Of a stretch of 64,000 nt of DNA, positions 37,469-48,240 are shown in pieces. Below the pieces are notes generated by a model. It worked only from the letters and a program-made list of their open reading frames with translations. It was not told the DNA's origin and searched no databases. Position 1 is the stretch's first letter, and each line of letters starts with the position of its first letter. This stretch comes from an uncultured Bacilli bacterium. Its GTDB lineage: Bacteria > Bacillota_I > Bacilli_A > RF39 > UBA660. The stretch is taken from NCBI GenBank assembly GCA_934089275.1, contig CAKOJJ010000002.1:10732-74731 (forward strand), in the 5' to 3' direction. Position numbers and translations under genes: made by a program.

Positions 37469-38881
37469 CTACCAAGTTGAAATTACATCATAGTCAAGGA
37501 TTTCAATTCCATTTACTTCTAATGATTCCGATTGGGTTGGAAAGCAATTTATACCAACAGATAATTTCTTAGTATCAACAAATAAGATAAATTTTCCTTT
37601 AGGCAATATAACATTGTAAGTTGTTGTTCCAAATTTATCTTTAATTATTATTTGATAATTCCATGCTGACTCTTTGTCTTTTGTCATCGTAACCTTAGTA
37701 TTATCATTTATTGCTATTGGACTACAATATGAACTTTCTGTTGTTTTCTTATATGCATATGTTATTGAAATTTTATTTTTATTGTTTACACTTGAATACG
37801 ATGCATCTACCAATAAATAAGTTTCATTTTCATAATTGTTTTTTCTTTTAAGTGATATTATTGCTGACGGCAATGACCATTCTAAAAAAGTTACTGTTTT
37901 AGTAGCTGTTGTTGTATTACCTCTACTATCAGTAACTTTTACGGATAAAGTTAAATTATTTGACGAATTGATTGTTCCAAAATCTATATTTCCTGCACTT
38001 GTTACGCTTTTTGTTGTGTTATTTATTGTCACATCATACTTGCTTATTGTTGCAGATTTTTTTGCAGTTGCACTTGTTATAGTAACTAATAACTTTGATA
38101 AATTTTGAACTAATTGCTGGTTGTTACCTGTAACATTCACTGTTGTTGAATTATTATCTTTATATGAGATATTGCTAGAACTAAATGTTGGATTACCATT
38201 TACTATCGTCATCGTTCTATCTAAATACGAGGCCGACAACTCTGATGATCCACTCATACAGCAAATTGTAAATCTAACAGCCAATGTATTACTTGATTTG
38301 CATAAGTTTCTCAGTGTATTTCTTTCGCTCTCGCTTAAATTAAAAGTACAACTTGTAGCTCTACTATCAAGAGTTCTTGTTATTAATTGTGAATTACCTC
38401 CTGCTTCCATTTTTGCTTTCAATGAAAAATAACCTCCACTTGGATTAGTGAAAGTTATTGATGGATTTGATTCATCATTAAAATTATCGGCACTCGATAT
38501 ATTTGAGTACCTTGGTATTCTTGTTAACCCTATACTACCACTTTTATTTTCATCTCCACTATAATAAACTCTTCCGTGTAATGTAAATCCTACATCTCCT
38601 GCAGTTCCATCTGCGTTATGACCTACTGTTATCGTTCCAGAAGTTGAACCAGTAGCTGCTGGGAATACTTTTGAACTCCAACTTGTTGTTCCAGAGTTAT
38701 ATACTGTTTGTCCATTTACAACAACACTACAATTATAAATAGAATAATATTGTGAACTTCCACCAATGGACTCCAAAGTCCATCTTATTGTTGAAGTATT
38801 GTTAGCAATACTATATGATTCTTCATATACTGTTAATTTTAAGTATCTTCCACTATATGAACTTGTTTGTACACTTGCCAT
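37469..38881 (-). CDS. siphovirus tail/baseplate structural protein (DUF859-like)
   Basis: N-terminus SYSGRYLKLTVYEESYSIANNTSTIRWTLES is typical of the DUF859 family. Position downstream of Tal. Confidence 0.55.
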   Translation of the reverse strand: MASVQTSSYSGRYLKLTVYEESYSIANNTSTIRWTLESIGGSSQYYSIYNCSVVVNGQTVYNSGTTSWSSKVFPAATGSTSGTITVGHNADGTAGDVGFTLHGRVYYSGDENKSGSIGLTRIPRYSNISSADNFNDESNPSITFTNPSGGYFSLKAKMEAGGNSQLITRTLDSRATSCTFNLSESERNTLRNLCKSSNTLAVRFTICCMSGSSELSASYLDRTMTIVNGNPTFSSSNISYKDNNSTTVNVTGNNQQLVQNLSKLLVTITSATAKKSATISKYDVTINNTTKSVTSAGNIDFGTINSSNNLTLSVKVTDSRGNTTTATKTVTFLEWSLPSAIISLKRKNNYENETYLLVDASYSSVNNKNKISITYAYKKTTESSYCSPIAINDNTKVTMTKDKESAWNYQIIIKDKFGTTTYNVILPKGKFILFVDTKKLSVGINCFPTQSESLEVNGIEILDYDVISTW

Positions 38882-38891
38882 GTTCCACCTC

Positions 38892-40538
38892 CTATGTTAA
38901 TGGAACAATTCCAATTCCAGTATTATCTGTAGTTTTAATTCCTAACCATCTGGCTAATCCACATAAAGTTATTTCTTCTTCAACTACTGATTTCTTCATA
39001 TGGAACTCATCTCCATTCATCCAAAAGACTTTATTTCCTTTGAAATCATATCCAGTAAATTCAGATGGATTGATTACAACCTTGCTACCATCTGTTCCAT
39101 ATATACAAATACCATTTTCATCAAATGTTCCTATTAATCTATTTGCAATATCATAAATTTCGATTCTACCTGCTTCATTCACTTTTGCACCAACTTTAAA
39201 AGTTCCACCTTTAACCAATGATGCTGTCATATTTATTACATTGATATTTTGCATATCTAATGTTCCATCAATAAGCCATGCAGAATTAAATGTTCCATTT
39301 ATTCCTGTATTAGAGAAACCTATACCTTGAGCATTTATCATCATTACATTTGTTGCTGTTTCTTTAGGAAGAGCATCAACAACAAGGATTCTATCTCCTT
39401 CATAAATGACATAACTATCTCCAAGTTTTCCCCATATTTTAGAAGTTGCCTCATTTAATTCTTTTTTTAATGTAACCTTTACCACTTCATTTGCAGATGT
39501 AATATCTTCTTTCGTATCCACTTTAATTTTTTCAAATAAATTCTTTAATTTTGATTTAAAATTTCCAAACTCTATCTCTGTATATTTATCTCTAATGCAA
39601 TCATATTTTAATGAAATAACATTAGTCATTAAGTTAATACCTAATTTTTCATGTTCTACTACAATTACATCTCCTAAATCAACTACACCATCGATATGTG
39701 CTTTAACTTTATAATTGCATTTCATATATTGATTTTCTTCAAGATAATTTAATGCTTGTTTTCTTAAATCTTTTATAAGTGCCTCTTTATATTCGTCCTC
39801 TTTTAAATTACCATTTTCATCTTTATACTCATCTTGATTTATGTCTTGGTCAAACTTTATAACTTTTGTATAAGGTATATCATATTTAACACTTGATTCT
39901 AAATATAATTCTGGCAATGTTATTCCATCATAACCAACTGGCAACATCTTAGTTACAACGTTATCCCAATTTTCTGTAGCTTCTATATTGGTAGAGTTTT
40001 TTCCATACTTAATTACTACACCTCTATCTGTTCCTATTACATTTTTTACTCCAATAGTCCAGTTATCTCTGTATAAGTGACCTCCCCAATTTTCTACTAC
40101 TATTGAAATGGCCTCCTCTAAACTTTTCCTAATTATTCTTGCAGAGTTTTGCAACGTAATATCTGATATCATTGTGAATGGTGTTTCAGTATCACAAGCA
40201 TTATTCAAATGATCTAGAGCATCATTACAATTTTTATTTACTACATAAGAATCTGCTATTACATATTTAGATGAGTCTTTCCATAAGTGATATCCCTTCA
40301 TAGATATTTTATTATTTTTTCTGTTGGGATTAGTCAACCTAAATCCTTGCTCTCCCCATCTTGTATTTGCTCTTACAATCATTCCTTCTTGTAGATAATC
40401 TAAATCATCTATTGATGTTTCTATATCGATATAATAATCTCCATTATCTTCTATATATATTTCTGCTTTAGTTGGATGTAATATTTTCAAACCATTATTG
40501 TTAAATAGTATTTCATCTTTATCAAACACCTTAATCAT
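38892..40538 (-). CDS. tail-associated (Tal-like) minor structural protein
   Basis: About 548 aa, following Dit. The start MIKVF overlaps the Dit stop (TAATG). Confidence 0.65.
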   Translation of the reverse strand: MIKVFDKDEILFNNNGLKILHPTKAEIYIEDNGDYYIDIETSIDDLDYLQEGMIVRANTRWGEQGFRLTNPNRKNNKISMKGYHLWKDSSKYVIADSYVVNKNCNDALDHLNNACDTETPFTMISDITLQNSARIIRKSLEEAISIVVENWGGHLYRDNWTIGVKNVIGTDRGVVIKYGKNSTNIEATENWDNVVTKMLPVGYDGITLPELYLESSVKYDIPYTKVIKFDQDINQDEYKDENGNLKEDEYKEALIKDLRKQALNYLEENQYMKCNYKVKAHIDGVVDLGDVIVVEHEKLGINLMTNVISLKYDCIRDKYTEIEFGNFKSKLKNLFEKIKVDTKEDITSANEVVKVTLKKELNEATSKIWGKLGDSYVIYEGDRILVVDALPKETATNVMMINAQGIGFSNTGINGTFNSAWLIDGTLDMQNINVINMTASLVKGGTFKVGAKVNEAGRIEIYDIANRLIGTFDENGICIYGTDGSKVVINPSEFTGYDFKGNKVFWMNGDEFHMKKSVVEEEITLCGLARWLGIKTTDNTGIGIVPLT

Positions 40539-41236
40539 TACAACCACCTCGATTTCGGTTCAATTGAAATTTTGGTAAGATTTCCAGACCACGATATTGT
40601 GTTTTCGCCAACTTCAAATATCGGAAAAGTTCCAAGCATATTTCTGTTTTTTAAAACATTATCTAGATATGCCTCTTCTTCAAGACTATCTATAACAACC
40701 TTTGTTTCGTTTTCTGGAAATACATATTTAAACAAATTAAAACCATTGAGTGATATCTCAATAGTTCCTGTTCCCTCTAATGTGATTATTGGTTTTGATT
40801 TTTCTAATCCAACATTAGTTATTTTTAATGACGTTTCATTATTTATATCAAGAATTATACTTTTTTCATCTTTTAGATATTTGTATGGCTGAGTATAAAA
40901 CTTTACTACTGCTGTTTTAAATCTAATTAGTCTTTCATAATCTATTTTTTCAATTATTTGTGCTTTATAAACTTTATCAGGTTCATCACTAATTATTAGT
41001 TCTCCTACTCCTGTAAAATACTTCATAACTCTATCAATATCATAATTTCTTGCAAGACCTATTCCTATACTTTTGGTATAACTTTCATAGCCTAATTCTT
41101 CTATGATATCTCCATCTCTACCATCAATCTTAGTGATTGACGTTTTCATTTTTGGTTTAGTAATTGGTGGTATATTTGTAATTATTAGTCCTGGTATAGT
41201 TTCACTATCTATATTCTTCCATATTATTTTTGCCAT
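40538..41236 (-). CDS. distal tail protein (Dit)
   Basis: 232 aa, immediately after the tape measure gene. N-terminus resembles the siphovirus tail family. Confidence 0.65.
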   Translation of the reverse strand: MAKIIWKNIDSETIPGLIITNIPPITKPKMKTSITKIDGRDGDIIEELGYESYTKSIGIGLARNYDIDRVMKYFTGVGELIISDEPDKVYKAQIIEKIDYERLIRFKTAVVKFYTQPYKYLKDEKSIILDINNETSLKITNVGLEKSKPIITLEGTGTIEISLNGFNLFKYVFPENETKVVIDSLEEEAYLDNVLKNRNMLGTFPIFEVGENTISWSGNLTKISIEPKSRWL

Positions 41237-43866
41237 TACGAATACACCACCTTTTCTATTTTATCTATTATCAACTCTCCAAATATTTCATCAAATACTT
41301 TAAAAGACATACCATTTAATGCTTCTTTAAATGCTGTTATTAATAAATCTAACGAATATGTGTTATTTTCCATATTCAAATTATCGTAATTAGTATTTAC
41401 TCCTACATCAAAATCAGTAGGAATAGCATTCTGCATTAAATCTGATACATTATTCATTTCTTCTGTAAATCCTTCGCCTATACCAAGTGCTAGGTTTGTA
41501 CCTATTTGATCCTTAAATACTGTTGATGGAGAATGAATACCAAAGAATGATTTTATACCATTCAAAATAGATTGACCAAATCCTTTTATTTTATTTAAAA
41601 CCCAATCTTTAGCATTATTGATACCATTCCATAATCCTTGAACTAAATTTTTACCTACATCTGTAATTTTTGATATTCCACTTACTATTCCATCTTTAAC
41701 TTTATTTAATAAGTTTTTACCTACTTCTCCAAGTTTTCCATAGTAATTTGCTATGCCATTTATTAATGAGGTTATTATTTGAGGTATTTTTGATACTAAT
41801 TGTGGTATTGCTTTTACAAGACCTACTGCCAATTTAACTATCAAAATAACACCCATTTCAATAATTTTAGGCAAATTATCAGTAATAGCCGATACCAATT
41901 TATCAATTATTATAGGAATTTTATCAATTAATTGTGGCAAAGCATTTAGTAACCCCTCTGCTAGTCCAATTATCAACTGTATTCCTGCATCAATAATTAA
42001 ATCAATATTATCTAGCAAAGTTTCTGCTATCAAAAGTACACAATCAATAATTTGAGGTATCAAAGTTGGTAACGAACTTGCAATTCCTGTTATAAGTGAA
42101 ACTATAACTTGTATTCCTGCTTCTATTATTTGAGGTAACATTGAAACCAGGGCTTGTAATATAGTTTGTATTACTTGATTGATTCCTGACATTAAATTAC
42201 CAATATTTCCTGTTATTCCAGTTATAAGATTTTGAATTAACCCTACTCCCATTTCTAATACTTGTGGAAGTAATTTATCTGCTAATCCTAATATCAAATT
42301 TACAATTCCATCAAGTGCAATACTTATTCTTGGAACTATATTTTCAGCCATTGTCATGACACTTTCTACAAAATTACTAATCAAACTATCAAAGTTTGCA
42401 TTATCATCTGCTATTCCTGTTACCAAATTCGTCCATGCTGATTTCATAGAGTTTATTGACCCAGAAATTGTTGTACTTGCCTCTTTTGCTGTTGTTCCTG
42501 TTATTCCAAGTTCTCCTTGAATTACATGAATTGCTTGATATACATCATTAAGACTGCTTATATCATATTTAACGCCACTTATTTTACTTGCATCAGCAAG
42601 TAATCTTTCCATTTCTGATTTTGTACCACCATAACCTAATTTAAGGTTATCTAGCATAGTATAATTCTGTTTTGCAAACCCTTGATATGCACTTTGTATC
42701 ATGGACATATCTGTACCCATCTTGTTAGCATTATCAGACATATCCGTAATTGCCATGTCTGCAACTTCTGCACTTTTTGCAGTATCATTATTTAAACTTT
42801 GTAAAAGACTTGCAGAGAAACTTGTAACTGTTTCCATGTATTGATTTGCAGATAGTCCAGCAGTTTTATATGCATTATTAGCATAGCCCTCTACAATACC
42901 AGCACTGTCTTTAAATAATGTTTCAACACCACCTACCAACTGCTCATATTCTGCATAATTAGCTATGGCCTCTTTTCCAAGATTAACAATTCCATTTACC
43001 ATTGTTCCCATTGCACTTGCTAATCCCTTAACACCTGCAATAATAGCCTCACTTGTTAAATGAGCTTTTATTAAATCTCCAAGTTTTAATGTTTCATTTC
43101 CTGCAGATTTTTCTGATGATGTAAATTCATCAATAGCTTTTGTTGAATTTCTTATTTTAGTTTCATTATCTTTAATATTTCCAGACAAAGTCTTAATTTC
43201 TCCAGCAAGAGCTTTAGCTTCTTTTGAATTTTTTCCTTGTTCTAATACTACAGAACCATATTGAACTTTAAGTTCATTTAGTTTACTCTTTTGTTCTGCT
43301 ATTTTATCGTTCAACTTATCGTATGATGATTTATTTTCATTTAAGCTTGCATTGTTTTGTTTAAGTTCTGTATTCAGTTTATTTACTTCTGCTTCTGCAT
43401 TATTTAACTGAGTTTGATATTTATTTATTGTAAGTTTATTTTTATCATATTGAGCTTCTTCTTTAGCGAGTTGAGTAGATAAATCAGCAACAATCTTTTC
43501 TTGATTTTTTATTTCATCAGATGTTGCCGTTGTACTATTCTTTAACTCATCTAACTTCTTTTTTTCTTTTTCAAGATTTACCATTAACTCCATTATTCCA
43601 CTAGCATTCTTATCCTGCTGTGTTTTGAAGTCTTCAAGTGCTTTTCTATAGGTAGCGACCTTTTTATTTCCTTCTTCTATCTCTTTATTAAGAATAGTAT
43701 TTCTAGAGGTTATGGCTTGTACAGATTTATCGTTTTTATCAAATTGTGTTGATACAAGTTTCATCTCACTAGCCATAACTGTTAGATTGCTTGTAATTGT
43801 TTTCAAGGCTTTGGTATATTCACTTTCGCCTGTAAGTTTTATTGATCCACCAAATGAACTAGCCAT
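41236..43866 (-). CDS. tail tape measure protein
   Basis: 876 aa. Coiled-coil N-terminal third and internal tandem hydrophobic repeats (LPQIIEAGIQVIVSLITGI-type, at about nt 41700-42310). Confidence 0.9.
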   Translation of the reverse strand: MASSFGGSIKLTGESEYTKALKTITSNLTVMASEMKLVSTQFDKNDKSVQAITSRNTILNKEIEEGNKKVATYRKALEDFKTQQDKNASGIMELMVNLEKEKKKLDELKNSTTATSDEIKNQEKIVADLSTQLAKEEAQYDKNKLTINKYQTQLNNAEAEVNKLNTELKQNNASLNENKSSYDKLNDKIAEQKSKLNELKVQYGSVVLEQGKNSKEAKALAGEIKTLSGNIKDNETKIRNSTKAIDEFTSSEKSAGNETLKLGDLIKAHLTSEAIIAGVKGLASAMGTMVNGIVNLGKEAIANYAEYEQLVGGVETLFKDSAGIVEGYANNAYKTAGLSANQYMETVTSFSASLLQSLNNDTAKSAEVADMAITDMSDNANKMGTDMSMIQSAYQGFAKQNYTMLDNLKLGYGGTKSEMERLLADASKISGVKYDISSLNDVYQAIHVIQGELGITGTTAKEASTTISGSINSMKSAWTNLVTGIADDNANFDSLISNFVESVMTMAENIVPRISIALDGIVNLILGLADKLLPQVLEMGVGLIQNLITGITGNIGNLMSGINQVIQTILQALVSMLPQIIEAGIQVIVSLITGIASSLPTLIPQIIDCVLLIAETLLDNIDLIIDAGIQLIIGLAEGLLNALPQLIDKIPIIIDKLVSAITDNLPKIIEMGVILIVKLAVGLVKAIPQLVSKIPQIITSLINGIANYYGKLGEVGKNLLNKVKDGIVSGISKITDVGKNLVQGLWNGINNAKDWVLNKIKGFGQSILNGIKSFFGIHSPSTVFKDQIGTNLALGIGEGFTEEMNNVSDLMQNAIPTDFDVGVNTNYDNLNMENNTYSLDLLITAFKEALNGMSFKVFDEIFGELIIDKIEKVVYS

Positions 43867-43880
43867 ATATACCTCCTTCC

Positions 43881-44449
43881 TTAATTAAGCCATTCCTCAT
43901 TTTCCATTACCAATTCATTTAATCTTTGATAGCTAATACCTTTAAGAGTAAAATCATAATAATTTTGATAATGGTAATACAGATTTTTGAAAGTTCTATA
44001 CGTAAGTCTTCCTACTTCTTTACTTGGTAATCCAAGTAACTTTATTCCCACAAACAAAATCCACGAGAAATCAATCTGCTCTGATTCTTCCTCGTGGACT
44101 ATATGTTTTTTGGGTGGTCTTCCTTAACGCTTTCTGTAATAGCTTTATTTAGTTTTTTAGCTGATTCTTGTATTCCTGCTTTAGTAATCAATCTACCAAC
44201 TTGTTTTAATGTTAATAATGGATTTTCTGTGCCTTTTTCATCATTTTCAATGTCTATACCTTCATTTATCATTTCAGTAAAACCAAATATTAATGCTTTA
44301 GCATTTGGTTCTCCATTTTTATTATCAGTAAGTCTTCCCCACTTCTGAACACTTCCATATTTAGCTTGAATTGTTTCCATTACATTCAAATTAAATACAA
44401 GTGGATACATCCTTCCATCTACTTCAAATTCAAATTTATAATCTTTCAT
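43881..44449 (-). CDS. tail assembly chaperone, -1 frameshift fusion (GT-like)
   Basis: Slippery heptamer A AAA AAC (plus coordinates 44105-44111) in the correct X XXY YYZ phase. The -1 frame stays open for about 75 codons (HIVHEEESEQIDFSWILFVG...EEWLN) to the TAA at 43881-43883, just before the TMP RBS. Confidence 0.7.
44099..44449 (-). CDS. tail assembly chaperone (G-like, frame 0 product)
   Basis: 116 aa, between the major tail and tape measure genes. It ends just after the slippery site. Confidence 0.75.
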   Translation of the reverse strand: MKDYKFEFEVDGRMYPLVFNLNVMETIQAKYGSVQKWGRLTDNKNGEPNAKALIFGFTEMINEGIDIENDEKGTENPLLTLKQVGRLITKAGIQESAKKLNKAITESVKEDHPKNI

Positions 44450-44459
44450 TTTCTTCTAC

Positions 44460-45014
44460 CTACTTTCCTGCTGGTGCTTTTAACAATCCATCAAGATATG
44501 TTATTGCTTCTTCATATGTTTCAAATGTTTTAGTTTTTGACCAAGTACCATCTTTTAATTTTAAAACTGTACCCTCTAATGTGGTTGTAGTAAATTCAAC
44601 ACTCTCGCCTTTTGTCTTTTCATCTGGCAGAGCATCCTTAAATTTTACTTTACTCAAAAATTCAACTTTGTATCTATATACTCCTGATACTACTTTCGTG
44701 ATGATTCGACCAAATCCAACATAAGGTGGAATGTCAGTATCTTTTCTTATCATTTCGCCATCTTCACTGATTTCATGACCTGTTAAATTAGAAAATGTTT
44801 CGTCATCATCTTCATCAACTGTTATTGATACTGTTCCTTTTTTTACTGAGTAATCACTTTCTGCTAGACCATCATCTGCATACAATTCTGCAGAATTTAA
44901 GTCTAATGAAACTTTACAATCAATTGCCTTGCCTAATTGTAATGAACCTTTGTATGTTTCCTTTTCTTCATCTAATAAACCATATCTAAAGTTTTTTAAA
45001 CCTATTCTTGCCAT
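44460..45014 (-). CDS. major tail protein
   Basis: 184 aa, in the canonical position upstream of the chaperone. Confidence 0.7.
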   Translation of the reverse strand: MARIGLKNFRYGLLDEEKETYKGSLQLGKAIDCKVSLDLNSAELYADDGLAESDYSVKKGTVSITVDEDDDETFSNLTGHEISEDGEMIRKDTDIPPYVGFGRIITKVVSGVYRYKVEFLSKVKFKDALPDEKTKGESVEFTTTTLEGTVLKLKDGTWSKTKTFETYEEAITYLDGLLKAPAGK

Positions 45015-45016
45015 AT

Positions 45017-45364
45017 TTATCTCATCCTTTCCTTTTCAAATTCTATGGTTTTGTGATATAGTCCTGTATCTTCTTCATACATATCTGGACTACATCCAAC
45101 TCTTATAAATTCATTATTTTCCATTAACTCTATAATTCTTTTTTCTATTTTCAAAAAGTTTGATACACTAAATATATCTATATCAATACTTACAATACTT
45201 CCAATTTCTTTATCATCTCCAAATAAATAAGGATCATCTCCTGTGAATGTATAAGTCACATAAGTTTTTTCTTTCCCTTTATAAGTTAAATAGCTTACTG
45301 GGATTTTTTTATTATCAACTTGAAAATTATTAAATATAGTTTTTAGTAATTCATAATCATTCAT
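45017..45364 (-). CDS. tail completion/terminator-like protein
   Basis: 115 aa, between the gp10-like and major tail genes. Assigned by position. Confidence 0.45.
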   Translation of the reverse strand: MNDYELLKTIFNNFQVDNKKIPVSYLTYKGKEKTYVTYTFTGDDPYLFGDDKEIGSIVSIDIDIFSVSNFLKIEKRIIELMENNEFIRVGCSPDMYEEDTGLYHKTIEFEKERMR

Positions 45365-45767
45365 CTTTTATATACCTCTTTTGAACATCTAGCATCGCAT
45401 TTGTTATTGCTGACTTTTGATTAAATGCCTTTCTTAAAAATGGCTTTTTCTTTTCGCCTTTACTTGTTCCATATTCTCTTGCAAGTGCTATTAGTGGTAT
45501 TGGTGTTCCATCATCCTTATAACCATAAAAACCGACTTTGGTATTAATACCATCATCGGTTATAGTCTTATATGTTCTTGTTATCTTTAATCCTTTTTCT
45601 ATACTTTCAGTTTTTTTAAAACTTGACTTCATATTTGATTTTACATTGTTGTATACAACTTTAGCTCCTGCTTGAGTCATTTCTTTAAACATAGTATCGG
45701 ATTCATCTGTCAGCTTTTTTATGCTACTCATAAGTTCTGTTGGAAATTCTATATTAAATCCTGCCAT
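45357..45767 (-). CDS. HK97 gp10-family head-tail joining protein
   Basis: 136 aa; position and pattern (AGAKVVYNNVKSNM...FLRKAF). Confidence 0.55.
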   Translation of the reverse strand: MAGFNIEFPTELMSSIKKLTDESDTMFKEMTQAGAKVVYNNVKSNMKSSFKKTESIEKGLKITRTYKTITDDGINTKVGFYGYKDDGTPIPLIALAREYGTSKGEKKKPFLRKAFNQKSAITNAMLDVQKRYIKDE

Positions 45768-46093
45768 TATTTTGTTACTTCTTTCGCCTGGATTTCTAAT
45801 TCAACATTTTCTTCATCGACATTATTCAGATACTCTATTGTGTACTTTTTAGAATTAAATTCTATAACCATATCACGAGTAATCTTAGTCTTTGGATATC
45901 TTATAGTAAAATTAGTATAAGCTTTTTCAAAATCAGAATTATTTGCTATCAATGTAAATCCTTTTGTTGTTTTTACATTTGCCCAGGTAGTGAGAAGAAG
46001 TTTTTCAGATTTATTTTTAAATCCGCTTTTATCTTCTTCTATTACTTCCTGGAATATTGATATTTTTTTATTATACTTACCTGCATTTAACAT
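45767..46093 (-). CDS. head closure / head-tail adaptor protein
   Basis: 108 aa; LNAGKYNKKISIFQ...WANVKT...FTIRY pattern of SPP1 gp16-type head closure proteins. Confidence 0.6.
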   Translation of the reverse strand: MLNAGKYNKKISIFQEVIEEDKSGFKNKSEKLLLTTWANVKTTKGFTLIANNSDFEKAYTNFTIRYPKTKITRDMVIEFNSKKYTIEYLNNVDEENVELEIQAKEVTK

Positions 46094-46374
46094 ATATTAT
46101 TCCTTGAGTGAAGTCCTAATATTGTTTCTACAACTTTATTCAAATTTGTCTTATCAACATATAACGTTCTGTTATCATACATATCTTGGCACAAAATAAA
46201 AATGACAATCACAAAATCATCATATTCGTCTAGGTCTTGCACTCCAGTATTTTCTTTTATAAAACTTTTTGCAATATTTATTAAATTATCGAGCAATATT
46301 TTTTCTTCTTCGCTGACTTCAGATAGTCTGATATAATCTGCGATTTCTTGAAATGTTATTTTACTAACTTTCAT
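46087..46374 (-). CDS. gp6-like head-tail connector protein
   Basis: 95 aa, directly after the capsid gene. IADYIRLSE...LINIAKSFIKENTG pattern. Confidence 0.6.
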   Translation of the reverse strand: MKVSKITFQEIADYIRLSEVSEEEKILLDNLINIAKSFIKENTGVQDLDEYDDFVIVIFILCQDMYDNRTLYVDKTNLNKVVETILGLHSRNNIC

Positions 46375-46404
46375 ACTTTCCTCCTATCTAGAGGTTACTT
46401 GTTA

Positions 46405-47607
46405 CTATTTTGACTCTGTTGATTTTACTTGACTTCCAGCACATACAAGTTTTGAAATCTTTTGTGCATCTTCTACCTTAGAATCAAATTCCATCCAAGC
46501 AACAACTCCTACTGCGTGTTGATCAGCATATTTTTCTCTTAACACTTCGATTTCTAATTCCTCTACAAATTTTGTTGCAAGTCCACTCATATCTCCATAA
46601 TATACTGGGGTATTTCCTGCACCTATTTCATCCATATTGTCTGACTCATAAACTGGTTTACCAAGTAATGTATAACCAAAATCATTAGTAATATCATCTT
46701 GTAATAAGTATCTACCATTACTATCTTTTAATAATGAAATAGTTGTTAATGTTTCTGGTGACATTATCCAAATAGCATTTTTTTGAAATCTTTGTTTTAC
46801 TTTTCTTTTAGTTTTTATTAATTCATCAGCAGTTATCTCTGTTGCTTTAGCAGTTTGGATTTGTAATTTTACTCCTTTTGCTAAACCATCAACCTTTCCT
46901 TCTGTTCCGTGAATTAATTCTCCTTCAACAAAGATTGCTATTGACTCAGACATAATGTTTATAACTTCTTGTACAATATTAAAATCACTATTATTTACTA
47001 ATGATTTAGATATTTTTGCTAATGCTCCTGCTAAAAATCCAGTTAATTCAATATTAGCAAATGTACCAATATTACTTTCTAATGATTTAAATTCTGTTGC
47101 ATAAGCCATGTTTACCTTTGCAGATGATGTTTCTGAGTAGTATGGTATCTCTAATTTTCCTTTAACATTGTATTTTGTAGATTTCTCTAAAATAGGTGAT
47201 ATATCATATACTTGCTTGATTATTTTCTTAGCAATTGATACTGGAATAACTGCACCATTATCTCCTTTGGTTAAATTAACATCAGCTCTTTCTTCTGCAA
47301 TAATTCCACGAATATATCGTTCAAATGCCTTTTCTTCTTGTATAGCTCTTTCTTCTTGTTCCTTCATTTCTTCATCTTCCTCCTTCTTTTCTTCTTCCTG
47401 TGCTTCATCTGGTTCTTTTGTTAATTCACGACCTTTTGTGATAGCACTTAAAGTGTCATTTATTCTTCCAATTTCACTTTCTAACTCTTTAAATAATTCA
47501 TTCTCTTCATCAGTGAATGCTCTTTCTTCGGTCTTTACTGTATTAAGTAATTCCTCCATTTTATTTTGCTTTTCAGCTTTTTGTTCTGTTAATGCTTTTA
47601 AATTCAT
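46405..47607 (-). CDS. major capsid protein, HK97 family
   Basis: 400 aa, with an N-terminal coiled-coil/acidic delta domain. It follows the prohead protease. Confidence 0.85.
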   Translation of the reverse strand: MNLKALTEQKAEKQNKMEELLNTVKTEERAFTDEENELFKELESEIGRINDTLSAITKGRELTKEPDEAQEEEKKEEDEEMKEQEERAIQEEKAFERYIRGIIAEERADVNLTKGDNGAVIPVSIAKKIIKQVYDISPILEKSTKYNVKGKLEIPYYSETSSAKVNMAYATEFKSLESNIGTFANIELTGFLAGALAKISKSLVNNSDFNIVQEVINIMSESIAIFVEGELIHGTEGKVDGLAKGVKLQIQTAKATEITADELIKTKRKVKQRFQKNAIWIMSPETLTTISLLKDSNGRYLLQDDITNDFGYTLLGKPVYESDNMDEIGAGNTPVYYGDMSGLATKFVEELEIEVLREKYADQHAVGVVAWMEFDSKVEDAQKISKLVCAGSQVKSTESK

Positions 47608-47619
47608 AATTTTCTCCTC

Positions 47620-48240
47620 CTAATTTTTCTTTATTTTTTCTATTCTTTTCTCGTAATCCGAATAATCTATTTTTTCTTTTAATTTTTCGGTTTCTTTTAT
47701 TTCTACAGAACTAAAACTTTCCGTTCTGTATTCAACTACTTTTACTTTGTCATCTCGCATTTCAATGCTAGTTCCAAGGTATGCTGGATATTTTCTATCA
47801 TCAATTATTGATACTTCTAACAAATCTAAATCTCTAACAACTCTTTCTTCTATTCCATCTTCATTTGTTTTTCTATCTTCTTTATTACATAGAAATCCAA
47901 ATGACCAACCTCTTAATTTGTTTTCCTTGGCTTTCTGAATAACTTCTGAGTCATCAATTTCTACTATTGCTCGAAGTCCTATGTTGTCCTCAAATAATTT
48001 AGCTTTACCACTTTTAGTATCTGCTAGTTCTCTATCTTGTTCATGATCCAATAAAACTCTTACGTTTTCTGCTCTTTCCAATGCTTTTTGAAAAACTCCA
48101 GACCTTATCTTTTCTATGAATTGACCTCTAGTGTCATACAAGACTTTTGATGCTCTTTCCACAGCATTTACATATCCATCTATAACTATCTTGTCATTTC
48201 TAACTTCAACTCTCATTGTTACCACCTCCATTCTGTCCAT
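47620..48240 (-). CDS. HK97-family prohead protease
   Basis: IDGYVNAVE...VRVLLDHEQDRELA...GLRAIVEI pattern. The true start may be an internal Met (48231 or 48216). Confidence 0.8.
   Translation of the reverse strand: MDRMEVVTMRVEVRNDKIVIDGYVNAVERASKVLYDTRGQFIEKIRSGVFQKALERAENVRVLLDHEQDRELADTKSGKAKLFEDNIGLRAIVEIDDSEVIQKAKENKLRGWSFGFLCNKEDRKTNEDGIEERVVRDLDLLEVSIIDDRKYPAYLGTSIEMRDDKVKVVEYRTESFSSVEIKETEKLKEKIDYSDYEKRIEKIKKN

Noticed and set aside
36186-38881. A diversity-generating retroelement acting on the tail-tip genes
   Set aside because: No reverse transcriptase or template/variable repeat pair is present anywhere in the prophage. The repeats are confined to the shared N-terminal motif.
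37836-39156. Plus-strand ORFs within the tail genes (37836, 38121, 38815)
   Set aside because: They are antisense to well-supported structural genes that are arranged with overlapping stops and starts.
47168-47623. 151-aa Ser-rich plus-strand ORF
   Set aside because: It is antisense to the major capsid gene (the mirror of its Glu/Lys-rich delta domain), so it is spurious.
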